Assembly (NCBI GenBank): GCA_965235115.1 | Contig: OZ249440.1 | Coordinates: 34,226,001 to 34,290,000 of the forward strand | Source: Laetmonice hystrix | Taxonomy: Eukaryota | DNA length: 64,000 nucleotides | Direction of reading: 5' to 3' | Shown here: piece by piece, positions 63,731-64,000 of the stretch | How the letters are laid out: each line of letters begins with the position of its first letter | Numbering within the stretch: the stretch's first letter is position 1 | Position numbers and translations under genes: made by a program | Notes under the pieces: model-generated | Databases searched by the model: none | Told to the model about the DNA's origin: nothing | Seen by the model: only the letters and a program-made list of their open reading frames with translations

Positions 63731-64000
63731 TCGCTATCCTCCATCGCCACCTGGAATAAAAGAATTATATGAAACACTTTAGTGACAATGTGAATTACAT
63801 CCTTATATGCAGGAATTTTCAACAATGTAGCTACATTCAGTGATGCTCTTGTCCTTAGCTTCCATCTTTCAACATGGTTTAACTTTTTCTTCTGTTTAAT
63901 TTGTCCTTTCAACATAATGATTCTGTCACAATTAGATACACCCATCAATCAATTTTCTACCATTCCACATATATACAGAAAAAAAATGATCAGAAAGAAA

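Overview
This is eukaryotic, invertebrate-like genomic DNA: a densely nested transposable-element graveyard in which I could not recognise any intact host gene. Decayed elements come from many superfamilies: RTE and I/Nimb-type LINEs, a tRNA-headed Deu/Nin-type SINE, two Gypsy-type LTR remnants (one with RNase H as the last pol domain, Gmr1-like), MULE, PIF/Harbinger (two), Sola1, Sola2, Academ, a pogo with a PHD finger, and an intron-containing tyrosine-recombinase-like/Myb-like pseudogene. There are also many MITEs with readable TIRs and TSDs, and two minisatellites (70 bp and 57 bp). Several insertion chains can be read base by base from the TSDs: Sola2 < TTAA insert < Academ < MITEs, and Sola1 < pogo < LTR element. 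Family names come from motif recognition by eye, not database searches.
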